From positions 18,414,001 through 18,478,000 of the forward strand of contig NC_135830.1 of assembly GCF_964213995.1 (NCBI RefSeq): a stretch of DNA of 64,000 bases. The letters are read 5' to 3'. A program made the position numbers and the translations under genes. Below, one piece after another: positions 35,912 through 49,034 of this stretch (position 1 is the stretch's first letter; every line of letters begins with the position of its first letter). Origin of the DNA: Mustelus asterias (Eukaryota). The notes under the pieces were generated by a model. That model was given only the letters and a program-made list of their open reading frames with translations. It was not told the DNA's origin and did not search any database.

Positions 35912-37063
35912 ATGGTACCACACGGTAGGTTGTTGCATAAGGTTAAATCTCATGGGATCCAGGATGGGGTAGCTAAATGGATACAAAATTGGCTTCTTGA
36001 CAGAAGCCGGAGGGTGGTTGTAGAGAGTTGTTTTTCAAACTGGAGGCCTGTGATCAGCGGTGTGCCTCGGGGATCAGTGCTGGGTCCACTATTATTGGTC
36101 ATTTATATTAATGATTTGGATGAGAATATGGGAGGCATGGTTAGTAAGTTTGCAGTTGACACCAAGATTGGTGGCATAGTGGATAGTGAAGAAAGTTATG
36201 TAGGATTGCAATGGGATCTTGATCAATTGGGCCAGTGGGCTGACGAATGGCAGATGGAGTTTAATTTCGATAAATGTGAGGTGATGCATTTTGGTAGATT
36301 GAACCAGGGCAGGACTTACTCAGTTAATGGTAGGGCATTGGGGAGAGTTACAGAACAAAGAGATCTAAGGGTACAGGTTCATAGGTCCTTGAAAGTGGAG
36401 TCACAGATGGACAGAGTGGTGAAGAAGGCATTCGGCATGCTTGGTTTCATTGGTCAGAACATTGAATACAGGAGTTGGGACGTCTTGTTGAAGTTGTACA
36501 AGACATTGGTAAGGCCACACTTGGAATACTGTGTACAGTTCTGGTCACCCTATTATAGAAAGGATATTATTAAACTAGAAAGAGTGCAGAAAAGATTTAC
36601 TAGGATGCTACTGGGATTTGATGGTTTGAGTTATAAGGAGAGGCTGGATAGACTGGGACTTTTTTCTCTGGAGCGTAGGAGACTGAGGGGTGACCTTATA
36701 GAGGTCTATAAAATAATGGGGGACATAGATCAGATAGATAGTCAATATCTTTTCCCAAAGATGGGGGAAATCTGAAACTAGAGGGCATAGGTTTAAGGTG
36801 AGAGGGGAGAGATATAGAGGGTTCAGAGGGGCAATTCTTTCACACAGAGGGTGGTGAGTGTCTGGAACAAGCTGCCAGAGGTAGTAGTAGAGGTGGGTAC
36901 AATTTTGTCTTTTAAAAAGCATTTAGATAGTTACATGGGTACGATGGGTATAGAGGGATATGGGCCAAATGCGGGCAATTGGGACTTCGGGGATTTGAAA
37001 AAAAGGGCGGCATGGACAAGATGGGCCGAAGGGCCTGTTTCCATGCTGTAAACCTCTATGAGT
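35912..37063 (+). mobile_element. CR1 LINE 3' portion
   Basis: ORF 35912-36775 has GVPRGSVLGP, KFAVDTK and [13 protein letters not shown]. Confidence 0.9.
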
Positions 37064-37775
37064 CTAATACTTTCTACAGTAGCAACAACACTTTGCAACT
37101 CTTATACTCTATTCCCTTAGCAATCAATGCCAGAATTCCTTTGCCTTCTTCATTCCCTGCTGTACCTGCATACTAACCTTCTGTGACTCATCCTGCAGTC
37201 GATGTGATCTCCCGATGTGGGATCAATTCCCCCTCATTCCCGGAATCACAAATCCAGGATTAACGGGATTTCCAAAACCGAACAGTCAGAACTGGATCGT
37301 CAGAAGTTTTTTCCCCCAGGGTGGAAGAGTCAATTGCGAGGGGGCACAGGTTTAAGGTGTGAGGGGCAAGGTTTAAAGGAGATGTACGAGGCAAGTTTTT
37401 TTGCACAGAGGGTGGTGAGTGCCTGGAACTCACAGTAAGAAGTCTCACAACACCAGGTTAAAGTCCAGCAGGTTTATTTGGTAGCAAATACCATAAGCTT
37501 TCGGATGCCTCGAACTCACTGTCAGGTAGTGGAAGCGGATACGATAGTGACTTCTAAGAGACATCTGGACAAATACATGAATAGGATGGGAATAGAGGGA
37601 TATGGTCCCCGGAAGGGTAGGGGATTTTAGTTCAGGGCAGCATGGTTGGTGCAGGCTTGGAGGGCCGAAGGGCCTGTTCCTGTGCTGTAATTCTCTTTGT
37701 TCGTTGTTCTTTGAATTTTAACAGCATGTAGCCACTCAAAGCACCCGTGAATCTTTTGCGAGTTTAGTGGTCTCT

Positions 37776-37794
37776 CAGTGCCCCCTCCAGGTCA
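37776..37794 (-). promoter_or_regulatory. CTCF-binding motif (copy 2)
   Basis: Minus strand TGACCTGGAGGGGGCACTG. Confidence 0.6.
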
Positions 37795-39117
37795 CACGGC
37801 TGCCATGCATACCTGGAGTGGGACCGCCAGCTGGCCACGCCACCTGTGCCAAGTGGAAAGTTTTCAAACATACCCACATCCTCTCCCCCGTTTCCGAGAT
37901 GGTCTCTGATGTGGGCACTTAGTTTCCACTCAGTCTCTCACAGACTGAGATCATTGGGGGAGGATCACCGGGGGACGTCACCGAACGCACAGGGAGACAT
38001 CTCACAACCTGCAAGAGTGCGGGAAAGCTCCGGTGCGATCTCCAGCGCGTCTCTCTCAGAAACCCTCCCCTATTCTATGATTCTGTCTATCTCCTCCTTG
38101 GATTTACTCAATGTCCCGGCATCCACCTCACCCTGGGGCAGTGAATTCCACAGACTCTTTGACGGAAGTAATTTCTCCTCACCTCTATCTTTTAAATCTG
38201 CCTCCCACCTCCCCTTATCCTAGAGCTATGACAGCACTGCTGCCTCACAGCGCCCAGGGACCCGGGTTCGATTTCCGGCTTGGATCACTGTCTGTGCGGA
38301 GTCTCCACATTCTCCCCCCTGTGTCTGCGTGGGTTTCCTCCGGTGTTCCGGTTTCCTTCCACAGTCCAAAAGACGTGCTGGTTAGGTGCTAAATTCTCCC
38401 TCAGTGTTACCCGAACAGGAGCCGGAATGTGGCAACTCGGGGGGATTTTCACAGTAACTTCATTGCAGTGTTAATGTAAGCTGACTTGTGAAACTAAGAA
38501 ATAAATAAACTTAAACTAATGCTTTGTACAGTACAACAACACTTCACAATTTTATACTCTATTCCTTTAGCAATCAATGCCAAAATTCCTTTGCCTTCTT
38601 CATTCCCTGCTGTACCTGCATACTAACCTTCTGTGACTCATCCTGCAGTCGATGTGATCTCCCGATGTGGGATCAATTCCCTCTCATTCCAGGAATCACA
38701 AATCCAGGATTAACGGGATTTCCAAAACCAAACAGTCAGAACTGGATCGTCAGAAGCTTTTTCCCCCAGGGTGGAAGAGTCAATTGCGAGGGGGCATAGG
38801 TTTAATGTGCAAGGGGCAAGGATTAAAGGAGGTGTACGAGGCAAGTTTTTTACACAGAGGGTGGTGCCTGGAACTTACTGCCGGGGGGAGGTAGTGGAAG
38901 CAGATATGATTGTGACTTTTAAGGGGCGTCTTGACAAATACATGAATAGGATGGGAATGGAGCAATGCGGTCCCCAGAAGGGTAGGGGGTTTTAGTTCAG
39001 TCGGGTAGTATGGTCGGTGCAGGCTGTTTCTGTGCTGTAATTTTCATTATTCTTTGAGTATAACAGCATATTGCCTCTCAAAGCACCCGTGAATCTTTTG
39101 CGAGTTTAGTGGTCTCT

Positions 39118-39136
39118 CAGTGCCCCCTCCTGGTCA
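39118..39136 (-). promoter_or_regulatory. CTCF-binding motif (copy 3)
   Basis: Minus strand TGACCAGGAGGGGGCACTG. Confidence 0.65.
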
Positions 39137-40510
39137 CACGGTTGTTGTGCAGACTGGGAATGGGACCCCCAGCTGGCCACGCCACTTGTGCCAAGTGGAA
39201 AGTTTTCAAACACCCCCACATCCTCTCCCCCGTTTCCGAGACGGTCTCTGATGTGGGCACTTAGTTTCCACTCAGTCTCGCACAGACTGAGATCATTGGG
39301 GGAGGTAATGGGGGGGAGTCACCAGGGGACGTCACCGAACCCACAGGGAGACATCTGGCGACTTGCAAGAGTGCGGGAAACCTCCGGTGCGATCTCCAGC
39401 GCGTCTCTCTCAGAAACCCTCCCCTATTCTATGATTCTGTCTATCTCCTCCTTGGATTTACTCAATGTCCCGGCATCCACCTCACCCTGGGGCAGTGAAT
39501 TCCACAGACTCTTTGAGAGAAGTCATTTCTCCTCGCCTCTATCTTTTAAATCCGCCTCTCCCCCGTTATCCTGAAGCTCTGACAGCACTGCTGCCTCACA
39601 GAGCCAGGGACCCGGGTTCGATTCCTCGCTCGGGTCACTGTCTGTGTGGAGTTTGCACGTTCTCCCCGTGTCTGCGTGGGTTTCCTCCGGGTGCTCCGGT
39701 TTCCTCCCACAGTCCGTAAAACGTGCTGGTTAAGTGCATTGGGCCGTGCTAAATTCTCCCTCAGTTTTACCTGAACAGGCGCCGGAGTGTGGCAACTGGG
39801 GGATTTTCACAGTAACTTCATTGCAGTGTAAATGTAAGCCAACATGTGACACTGATAAATTAAACTAATGCTCTGTATAGTAGACTTTCGAATGGACCTA
39901 CCTCGCATTAAGTTGATCTTTCTCGACACCCTAGCTATGACTGTAACACTACATTCTGCACTCTCTCCTTTCCTTCTCTGTGAATGGTATGTTTTGTCTG
40001 TATGTCTTTGTGTGTGTCTATATGTGTGTGTATATNNNNNNNNNNNNNNNNNNNNNNNNNNNNNNNNNNNNNNNNNNNNNNNNNNNNNNNNNNNNNNNNN
40101 NNNNNNNNNNNNNNNNNNNNNNNNNNNNNNNNNNNNNNNNNNNNNNNNNNNNNNNNNNNNNNNNNNNNNNNNNNNNNNNNNNNNNNNNNNNNNNTCTCTA
40201 TATGTTTGTGTGCGTGTGTGTGTCTATATGTGTGTCTGTCTGTGTGTATCTATATGTGTGNNNNNNNNNNNNNNNNNNNNNNNNNNNNNNNNNNNNNNNN
40301 NNNNNNNNNNNNNNNNNNNNNNNNNNNNNNNNNNNNNNNNNNNNNNNNNNNNNNNNNNNNNNNNNNNNNNNNNNNNNNNNNNNNNNNNNNNNTCTATATG
40401 TCTCTCTGTGTCTGTGTGATGGGGATTTTTGTCTGGGATTTGAGTGGATTAAAAAGGGAGAAATTCTCTCCCCGGTGCCGCCTCTCTGCCCTGGGATTGA
40501 ATGGACACAT

Positions 40511-40599
40511 TGTCTCCCTCTGCTGGCGGACGGACAACAAGAAGAGGTCCCATTGACTGTCTGCTTGTAGGAGCGCACAGCCGCCAGCAGATGGTAGCA
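40511..40599. promoter_or_regulatory. Divergent pair of CTCF-like motifs
   Basis: Minus strand CCGCCAGCAGAGGGAGACA (40511-40529) and plus strand CCGCCAGCAGATGGTAGCA (40581-40599), in a unique island between microsatellites. Confidence 0.55.
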
Positions 40600-40627
40600 T
40601 TGTATCACTGTAAGCACAAGATTCATT

Positions 40628-41428
40628 CACTCACTCACAGACACAGACACAAATGCAGGCACACTCATACATGAAAGACACACACACACACGGCACACAG
40701 TCAAACAGGCACACACACAGATACAGACACACCGACACACACAAACAGGCAAACTCAGACATACAAGGCACACACTCAAACAGGCACACACACACTGGCA
40801 CACATACACACTCCCATACATACATCCACAATCAAACAGGCACATACATGCTTAAGGGAACACACACAAACACACACACATATAGACACACACACATAAA
40901 ATACACACACACAATTAGGCATGCACACACACACACACAGTAAGAAGTCTCACAACACCAGGTTAAAGTCCAACAGGTTTATTTGGTAGCACAAGCCCTG
41001 TTGGAGACTTTAACCTGGTGTTGTGAGACTTCTTACTGTGCTTACCCCAGTCCAACACCGGCATCTCCACATCATGAACACACAAACACGGACACACAGG
41101 GAACACACTCAAACAGGCACACACAAGCTTACAGGAACACACACAGAGATACAGACATAAAAGACACACACACACACTCTAACAGGCACACACACAGGTA
41201 CAGACACACACACACACAGACATAAAAGTAGACACACACGCAGTCAGGCATACACACACTGACACACACTCAAGAAGGCACACACACACACACATAAACA
41301 TACAGACACACACACAAACACACACACACTCAGACAGACACACACACACACTCAGACAGACACACACACACACATAAACATACAGACACACACACAAACA
41401 CACACACACTCAGACAGACACACACACA
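40628..41428. repeat. CA-rich low-complexity tract (also TG-rich, N-masked at ~39990-40420)
   Basis: Directly visible. Confidence 0.85.
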
Positions 41429-41429
41429 T

Positions 41430-41903
41430 GGAATGTCTTGTTGAAGTTGTACAAGACATTGGTAAGGCCACACTTAGAATATTGTGTGCAATTCTGGTCA
41501 CCCTATTATAGAAAGGATATTATTAAACTAGAAAGAGCGCAGAAAAGATTAACTAGGATGTGACCATGACTTGATGGATTGAGTTATAAGGAGAGGCTGG
41601 ATAGACTGAGATTTTTTTCTCTGGAGCGTAGGAGGCTGAGGGGTGACCTTATAGAGGTCTATAAAATAATGAGGGGCACAGATCAGCTAGATAGTCAACA
41701 TCTTTTCCCAAAGGTAGGGGAGTCTAAAACTAGAGGGCATAGGTTTAAGGTGAGAGGGGAGAGATACAAAAGTATTCAGAGGGGCAATTTTTTCACACAG
41801 AGGGTGGTGAGTGTCTGGAACAAGCTGCCAGAGGTAGTAGTAGAGGCGGGTACAATTTTGTCTTTTAAAAAGCATTTCGATAGTTACATGGGTAAGATGG
41901 GTA
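41430..41903 (+). mobile_element. CR1 LINE 3' fragment
   Basis: SYKERLDRL...FFTQRVVSVWNKLP. Confidence 0.85.
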
Positions 41904-41904
41904 T

Positions 41905-44900
41905 GAGTGTGAGCGTGTCGGAGTGTGTGTGTCAGAGTGTGAGTGTGTCAGAGTGTGAGTGTGTCAGAGTGTGTGTCAGAGTGTGTGTGTCAGAGTGTGA
42001 GTGTGTCAGAGTGTGAGTGTGTCAGAGTGTGTGTGTGTCAGAGTGTGAGCGTGTCAGAGTGTGAGGTGTGTCAGAGTGTGAGCGTGTCAGAGTGTGAGGT
42101 GTGTCAGAGTGTGAGCGTGTCAGAGTGTGTGTGTCAGAGTGAGTGTGTCAGAGTGAGAGTGTCAGAGTGTGAGTGTGTCAAAGTGTGTGTGTCAGAGTGA
42201 GTGTGTCAAAGTGAGTGTGTCAGAGTATGAGCGTGTCAGAGTGTGAGCGTGTCAGAGTGTGAGGTGTGTCAGAGTGTGAGTGTGTCAGAGTGAGCGTGTC
42301 AGAGTGTGAGCGTGTCAGAGTGTGTGTGTCAGAGTGAGTGTGTCAGAGTGAGCGTGTCAGAGTGTGAGTGTGTCAAAGTGTGTGTGTCAGAGTGAGTGTG
42401 TCAAAGTGAGCGTGTCAGAGTATGAGCGTGTCAGAGCGTGAGCGTGTCAGAGTGTGAGCATGTCAGTGTGTGTGTGTCAGAGTGTGTGTGTGTCAGAGTG
42501 TGTGTGTGTCAGAGTGTGAGCGTGTCAGAGTGTGTGTGTCAGAGTGTGTGTGTCAGAGTGTGTGTGTCAGAGTGTGTGTGTCAGAGTGTGTGTGTGTCAG
42601 AGTGTGAGCGTGTCAGAGTGTGTGTGTCAGAGTGTGTGTGTGTCAGAGTGTGTGTGTGTCAGAGTGTGAGTGTGTCAGAGTGTGTGTGTCAGAGTGTGAG
42701 TGTGTCAGAGTGTGAGCGTGTCAGAGTGTGAGCGTGTCAGAGTGTGAGTGTGTCAGAGTGTGTGTGTCAGAGTGTTAGTGTATCAGAGTGTGAGCGTGTC
42801 AGAGTGTGAGCGTGTCAGAGTGTGAGTGTGTCAGTGTGTGTGTCAGAGTGTGTGTGTCAGAGTGTGAGCGTGTCAGAGTGTGAGTGTGTCAGTGTGTGTG
42901 TCAGAGTGTGTGTGTCAGAGTGTGAGCGTGTCAGAGTGTGAGCGTGTCAGAGTGTGTGTGTCAGAGTGTTAGTGTATCAGAGTGTGAGCGTGTCAGAGTG
43001 TGAGCGTGTCAGAGTGTGAGTGTGTCAGAGTGTGTGTCAGAGTGTGTGTGTCAGAGTGTGAGCGTGTCAGAGTGTGAGCGTGTCAGAGTGTGTGTGTGTC
43101 AGAGTGTGTGTGTGTCAGAGTGTGTGTGTGTCAGAGTGTGTATGTGTCAGAGTGTGTGTGTGTCAGAGTGTGAGGTGTCTCAGAGTGTGTGTGTCAGAGT
43201 GTGTGTCAGAGTGTGAGTGTGTCAGAGTGTGAGCGTGTCAGAGTGTGAGCGTGTCAGAGTGTTAGTGTATCAGAGTGTTAGTGCATCAGAGTGTGAGCGT
43301 GTCACAGTGTGTGTGTCAGAGTGTGTGTGTCAGAGTGTGAGCGTGTCAGAGTGTGAGCGTGTCAGAGTGTGTGTGTGTCAGAGTGTGTGTGTCAGAGTGT
43401 GAGCGTGTCAGAGTGTGTGCGTCAGAGTGAGTGTGTCAGAGTGTGAGTGTGTCAGAGTGTGAGCGTATCAGAGTGTGTGTGTCAGAGTGTGAGCGTGTCA
43501 GAGTGTGAGCGTGTCAGAGTGTGAGTGTGTCAGTGTGTGTGTGTCAGAGTGTGAGTGTGTCCGAGTGTGAGTGTGTCAGAGTGTGAGCGTGTCAGAGTGT
43601 GAGTGTGTCAGAGTGTGTGTGTCAGAGCGTGAGTGTGTCCGAGTGTGAGTGTGTCAGAGTGTGAGCGTGTCAGAGTGTGAGCGTGTCAGAGTGTGTGTGT
43701 CAGAGTGTGAGCGTGTCAGAGTGTTAGTGTATCAGAGTGTTAGTGTATCAGGGTGGGTGTGTCAGAGTGTGAGCGTGTCAGAGTGTGTGTGTCAGAGTGT
43801 GAGCATGTCAGAGTGTGTGTGTCAGAGTGTGTGTGTCAGAGTGTGAGCGTGTCAGAGTGTGAGCATGTCAGAGTGTGAACGTGTCAGAGTGTGAGCGTGT
43901 CAGAGTGTGTGTGTCAGAGTGTTAGTGTATCAGAGTGTGAGCGTGTCAGAGTGTGAGTGTGTCAGAGTGTGTGTGTCAGAGTGTTAGTGTATCAGAGTGT
44001 GAGCGTGTCAGAGTGTGAGCGTGTCAGAGTGTGTGTGTGTCAGAGTGTGAGCGTGTCAGAGTGTGAGTGTGTCAGTGTGTGTGTGTCAGAGTGTGAGTGT
44101 GCCCGAGTGTGTGTGTCAGAGTGTGAGCGTGTCAGAGTGTGTGTGTCAGAGTGTGAGCGTGTCAGAGTGTTAGTGTATCAGAGTGTTAGTGTATCAGGGT
44201 GGGTGTGTCAGAGTGTGAGCGTGTCAGAGTGTGTGTGTCAGAGTGTGTGTGTCAGAGTGTGAGTGTGTCAGTGTGAGCGTGTCAGAGTGTGAGCGTGTCA
44301 GAGTGTGAGTGTGTCAGAGTGTGAGTGTGTCAGAGTGTGTGTGTCAGAGTGTGAGTGTGTCAGAGTGAGTGTGTCAGAGTGAGCGTGTCAGAGTGTATGT
44401 GTCAGAGTGTGAGTGTGTCAGAGTGTGAGTGTGTCAGAGTGTGAGTGTGTCAGAGTGTGTGTGTCAGAGTGTGTGTGTCAGAGTGTTAGTGTATCCGAGT
44501 GTGAGTGTGTCAGAGTGTGAGCGGGTCAGAGTGTGAGCGTGTCAGAGTGTGTGTGTGTCAGAGTGTGTGTGTCAGAGTGTGAGCGTGTCAGAGTGTGAGC
44601 GTATCAGAGTGTGTGTATCAGAGTGTTAGTGTATCAGAGTGTGAGCGTGTCAGAGTGTGTGTATCAGAGTGTGTGTGTCAGAGTGAGTGTGTCAGAGTGT
44701 TAGTGTATCAGAGTGTGAGCGTGTCAGAGTGTGAGTGTCAGAGTGTGTGTGTCAGAGTGAGTGTGTCAGAGTGTGTGTGTCAGAGTGAGTGTGTCAGAGT
44801 GTGAGTGTGTCAGAGTGTGAGTGTGTCAGAGTGTGAGCGTGTCAGAGTGTGTGTATCAGAGTGTGAGCGTGTCAGAGTGTGAGCGTGTCAGAGTGTGAGT

Positions 44901-45828
44901 GTCAGAGTGTGTGTGTCAGAGTGAGTGTGTCAGAGTGTGTGTGTCAGAGTGAGTGTGTCAGAGTGTGAGTGTGTCAGAGTGAGTGTGTCAGAGTGTGTGT
45001 GTCAGAGTGAGTGTGTCAGAGTGTGAGCGTGTCAGAGTGTGAGTGTGTCAGAGTGTGAGTGTGTCAGAGTGTGAGTGTGTCAGAGTGTGTGTGTCAGAGT
45101 GAGTGTGTCAGAGTGTGAGCGTGTCAGAGTGTGAGTGTGTCAGAGTGTGAGTGTGTCAGAGTGTGTGTGTCAGAGTGAGTGTGTCAGAGTGTGAGTGTGT
45201 CAGAGTGTGAGTGTGTCAGAGTGTGAGTGTGTCAGAGTGTGTGTGTCAGAGTGAGTGTGTCAGAGTGTGAGTGTGTCAGAGTGTGAGTGTGTCAGAGTGT
45301 GAGTGTCAGAGTGTGTGTGTCAGAGTGTGAGTGTGTCAGAGTGTGAGCGTGTCAGAGTGTGTGTGTCAGAGTGTGAGTGTGTCAGAGTGTGAGTGTCAGA
45401 GTGTGTGTGTGTCAGAGTGTGAGTGTGTCAGAGTGTGAGTGTGTCAGAGTGTGTGTGTCAGAGTGAGTGTGTCAGAGTGTGAGCGTGTCAGAGTGTGAGT
45501 GTGTCAGAGTGTGAGTGTGTCAGAGTGTGTGTGTCAGAGTGAGTGTGTCAGAGTGTGAGTGTGTCAGAGTGTGAGTGTGTCAGAGTGTGAGTGTGTCAGA
45601 GTGTGTGTGTCAGAGTGAGTGTGTCAGAGTGTGAGTGTGTCAGAGTGTGAGTGTGTCAGAGTGTGAGCGTGTCAGAGTGTGTGTGTCAGAGTGTGAGTGT
45701 GTCAGAGTGTGAGTGTGTCAGAGTGTGTGTGTCAGAGTGAGTGTGTCAGAGTGTGAGTGTGTCAGAGTGTGTGTGTCAGAGTGAGTGTGTCAGAGTGTGA
45801 GTGTGTCAGAGTGTGAGTGTCAGAGTGT
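41905..45828 (+). repeat. ~3.9 kb satellite, 12-16 bp unit GTGTCAGAGTGTGA
   Basis: Directly visible. Confidence 0.95.
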
Positions 45829-45980
45829 AAATGTGATGCCGACAGGGTTTCTGTGTGAACGCACACTCCTGGGCATGGCCCCCTTTGCTGTTTGCAGGCA
45901 GCTTGTGTTTCTCCCAACGTTGGTCGAGGATGCACCCCCGGCGGTCCCCACCACATCTGTACCGACTGTTTACGGAATTA

Positions 45981-47250
45981 TACTGACCCTCCCACAGTGC
46001 GGCGCTCCCTCAGCACTGACCCTCCCACAGTGCGGCGCTCCCTCAGCACTGACCCTCCCACAGTGCGGCGCTCCCTCAGTACTGACTCTCCCACAGTGCA
46101 GCACTCCCTCAGCACTGACCCTCCCGCAGTGCGGCGCTCCCTCAGCACTGACCCTCCCACAGTGCAGCGCTCCCTCAGCACTGACCCTCCCACAGTGCAC
46201 CGCTCCCTCAGCACTGACCCTCCCACAGTGCAGCACTCCCTCAGCACTGACCCTCCCACAGTGCAGCACTCCCTCAGCACTGACCCTCCCACAGTGCAGC
46301 ACTTCCTCAGCACTGACCCTCCCACAGTGCACCGCTCCCTCAGCACTGACCCTCCCACAGTGCGGCGCTCCCTCAGCACCGACCCTCCCACAGTGCAGCA
46401 CTCCCTCAGCACCGACCCTCCCACAGTGCAGCACTCCCTCAGCACTGACCCTCCCACAGTGCACCGCTCCCTCAGTACTGACCCTCCCACAGTGCGGCGC
46501 TCCCTCAGCACCGACCCTCCCACAGTGCGGCACTCCCTCAGCACTGACCCTCCCACAGTGCGGCGCTCCCTCAGCACCGACCCTCCCACAGTGCAGCACT
46601 CCCTCAGCACCGACCCTCCCACAGTGCAGCACTCCCTCAGCACTGACCCTCCCACAGTGCACCGCTCCCTCAGTACTGACCCTCCCACAGTGCGGCGCTC
46701 CCTCAGCACCGACCCTCCCACAGTGCGGCACTCCCTCAGCACTGACCCTCCCACAGTGCGGCGCTCCCTCAGCACTACCCTCCCACAGTGCAGCGCTCCC
46801 TCAGCACTGACCCTCCCGCAGTGCGGCACTCCCTCAGCACTGACCCTCCCACAGTGCGGCGCTCCCTCAGCACCGACCCTCCCACAGTGCAGCGCTCCCT
46901 CAGCACTGACCCTCCCACAGTGCGGCGCTCCCTCAGCACTGACCCTCCCACAGTGTGGCACTCCCTCAGCACTGACCCTCCCACAGTGCGGCGCTCCCTC
47001 AGCACTGACCCTCCCACAGTGCGGCGCTCCCTCAGCACTGACCCTCCCACAGTGCGGCACTCCCTCAGCATCGACCCTCCCACAGTGCAGCGCTCCCTCT
47101 GCACTGACCCTCCCACAGTGCAGCACTCCCTCAGCACTGACCCTCCCACAGTGCACCGCTCCCTCATCACTGACCCTTCCACAGTGCGGCACTCCCTCAG
47201 CATCGACCCTCCCACAGTGCGGTGCTCCCTCAGCACTGACCCTCCCACAG
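45981..47250 (+). repeat. 33-bp minisatellite CACTGACCCTCCCACAGTGCRGCRCTCCCTCAG, ~38 copies
   Basis: Directly visible. Confidence 0.95.
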
Positions 47251-47289
47251 AAAAAAGGGGCAGTCACGGGATGATGATGATGATGACGA

Positions 47290-48275
47290 AGAAGAAGAGA
47301 GAATGTCGGGGGTGCGTGGGGGTCCTTAATTATTCTGGCTGCTTTCCCGAGGCAGCGGGAAGTGTAGACAGAGTCAATGGATGGGAGGCTGGTTTGAGTG
47401 ATGGATTGGGCTACATTCATGACCTTTTGTAGTTCCTTGTGGTCTTGGGCAGAGCAGGAGCCAAACCAAGCTGTGATACAACCAGAAAGAATGCTTTCTA
47501 TAGTGCATCCGTAAAAGTTGGTGAAAATTGTAGCGGACATGCCAAGTTTCCTCACCTCCTGAGAAAGTTGTTGGGTTTTCCTCACTATAGCATCCGCACA
47601 GAGGGACCAGGACAGGTTGTTGGTAACCTGGACACCTAGAAACCTGAAGCTCTTGGCCATTTCCACTTCACCCCTGTTTGATGCCCTCCATTACGCTTCC
47701 TGAAGTCGATGACTATCTTGTTCATTTTGTTGAAATTAAGGGAGAGATTATTGTTGCTGCACCAATTCACCAGATTCTCTATCTCTTTCCTGTACACCAG
47801 CTCATCACTGTTTGAGATCCGACCCACTACCATGGTATCATCAGCAAACTTGAAAAGGAAGTTGGAGTTGGAGGGGAATTTGGTCACACACACAGTCATC
47901 CGTGTCTAAGGCGTACAGTAAGGGGCTGAGGACACAGCTTTGTGGAACACCGGTGTTGAGGATAATCGTGAAGGAGGTTTTGTTGCCTATCCTTACTGAT
48001 TACGGTCTGTAGTTTAGGAAGATTAGGAAGCAGTCACAGAGAGTGGAGCCGAGCCCCAGTTTGAAGATGCATTTTGCAGGAATAATGGTGTTGAAGACTG
48101 AGCTGTAGTCAATAAATATGAGTCTGACATAGGTCTTTGTTATCCAGCTGTTTCAAGGTTGAGTGCAGGGCCAGGGAAATGGCTGTGGACCTGTTGCGGC
48201 GGTAGTGAGCTGTAGTGGATCCAGGCAGTCTGGGAGGCCGGAATTGACTTGTGCTATGACGAATCTTTCGAAGCA
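47290..48275 (-). mobile_element. Rex1/Babar-type LINE 3' fragment, degenerate
   Basis: KFADDTMVVGRISNSDE..YRKEIENLVNWCSNNNLSLN, FRFLGVQVTNNLSW and TIESILSGCITAWFG. Confidence 0.82.
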
Positions 48276-48592
48276 TAGAAATCATAGAATCCCTACAGTG
48301 CAGAAGGAGGCCATTCGGCCCATCGAGTCTGCACCGACCACAATCCCACCCAGGCCCTACCCCCACATATTTACCCGCTAACTACACATCTCAGGGACAA
48401 TTTGTAACCTGGCCAGTCAACCTAACCCGCACATCTTTGGACTGTGGGAGGAAACCGGAGCACCCGGAGGAAACCCACGCAGACACGGGGAGAATGTGCA
48501 AACTCCACACAGACAGTGACCCGAGCCGGGAATCGAACCCGGGACCCTGGCGCTGTGAAGCAGCAGTGCTAACCACTGTGCTACCGTGCCGC
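48275..48592 (-). mobile_element. HE1-like SINE
   Basis: Reverse copy with A/B boxes. Confidence 0.85.
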
Positions 48593-49034
48593 CCTTCATT
48601 AATACATAGAAGATGGACAGAGAAAGGAAAGATTTACAGTGCAGAGATCATTGAGAACAATCGTGTTTCACATGATCCAGAATCAAAATGTCGCTTCTGG
48701 GAGAATGAGGTGTGAGTTTCTTTGTGTCTCCCAGATTGCTCCATTTGTTCAGGGGTCAGACACACACAGATTCAGCTATTTCTCCCATTTTAATAATTTT
48801 AGAAATAGCCATGAGGATATCAATATATATTTTCCAAATAACTGCTGTGAGGTGTCTCTTCACAGATGGAAACCCATTCTTAGAGATGTGTGTGGTTGGA
48901 AGGTCATCTCGGGGTGAGACCCAGGATAATGTTCTGGGAACCAAGGTTCAAATCCTGCCAACGGCAGGTGGTGGAATTTACAATTCATAAAAGTCTGAAT
49001 TTGAAAGGCTGATAAAGAGAAATAAACCATTATT

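Larger units (their letters stand above)
33775..39866 (+). repeat. Tandem triplication of a ~1.4 kb composite unit (CR1 remnant + unique core + SINE); copies at ~33775-35910, 37063-38518 and 38519-39866
   Basis: The unique core GCACCCGTGAATCTTTTGCGAG...CAGAAACCCTCCCCTATTC recurs at ~35108, 37741 and 39083. Later CR1 insertions lie at 33890-34550 and 35912-37063. Confidence 0.92.

Noticed and set aside
45849-45876. GGTTTCTGT nonamer-like sequence
   Set aside because: No valid heptamer at 12 or 23 bp and no J-like coding sequence.
45785-47666. Mucin-like repetitive ORFs
   Set aside because: Translations of the 33-bp satellite, open in most frames.
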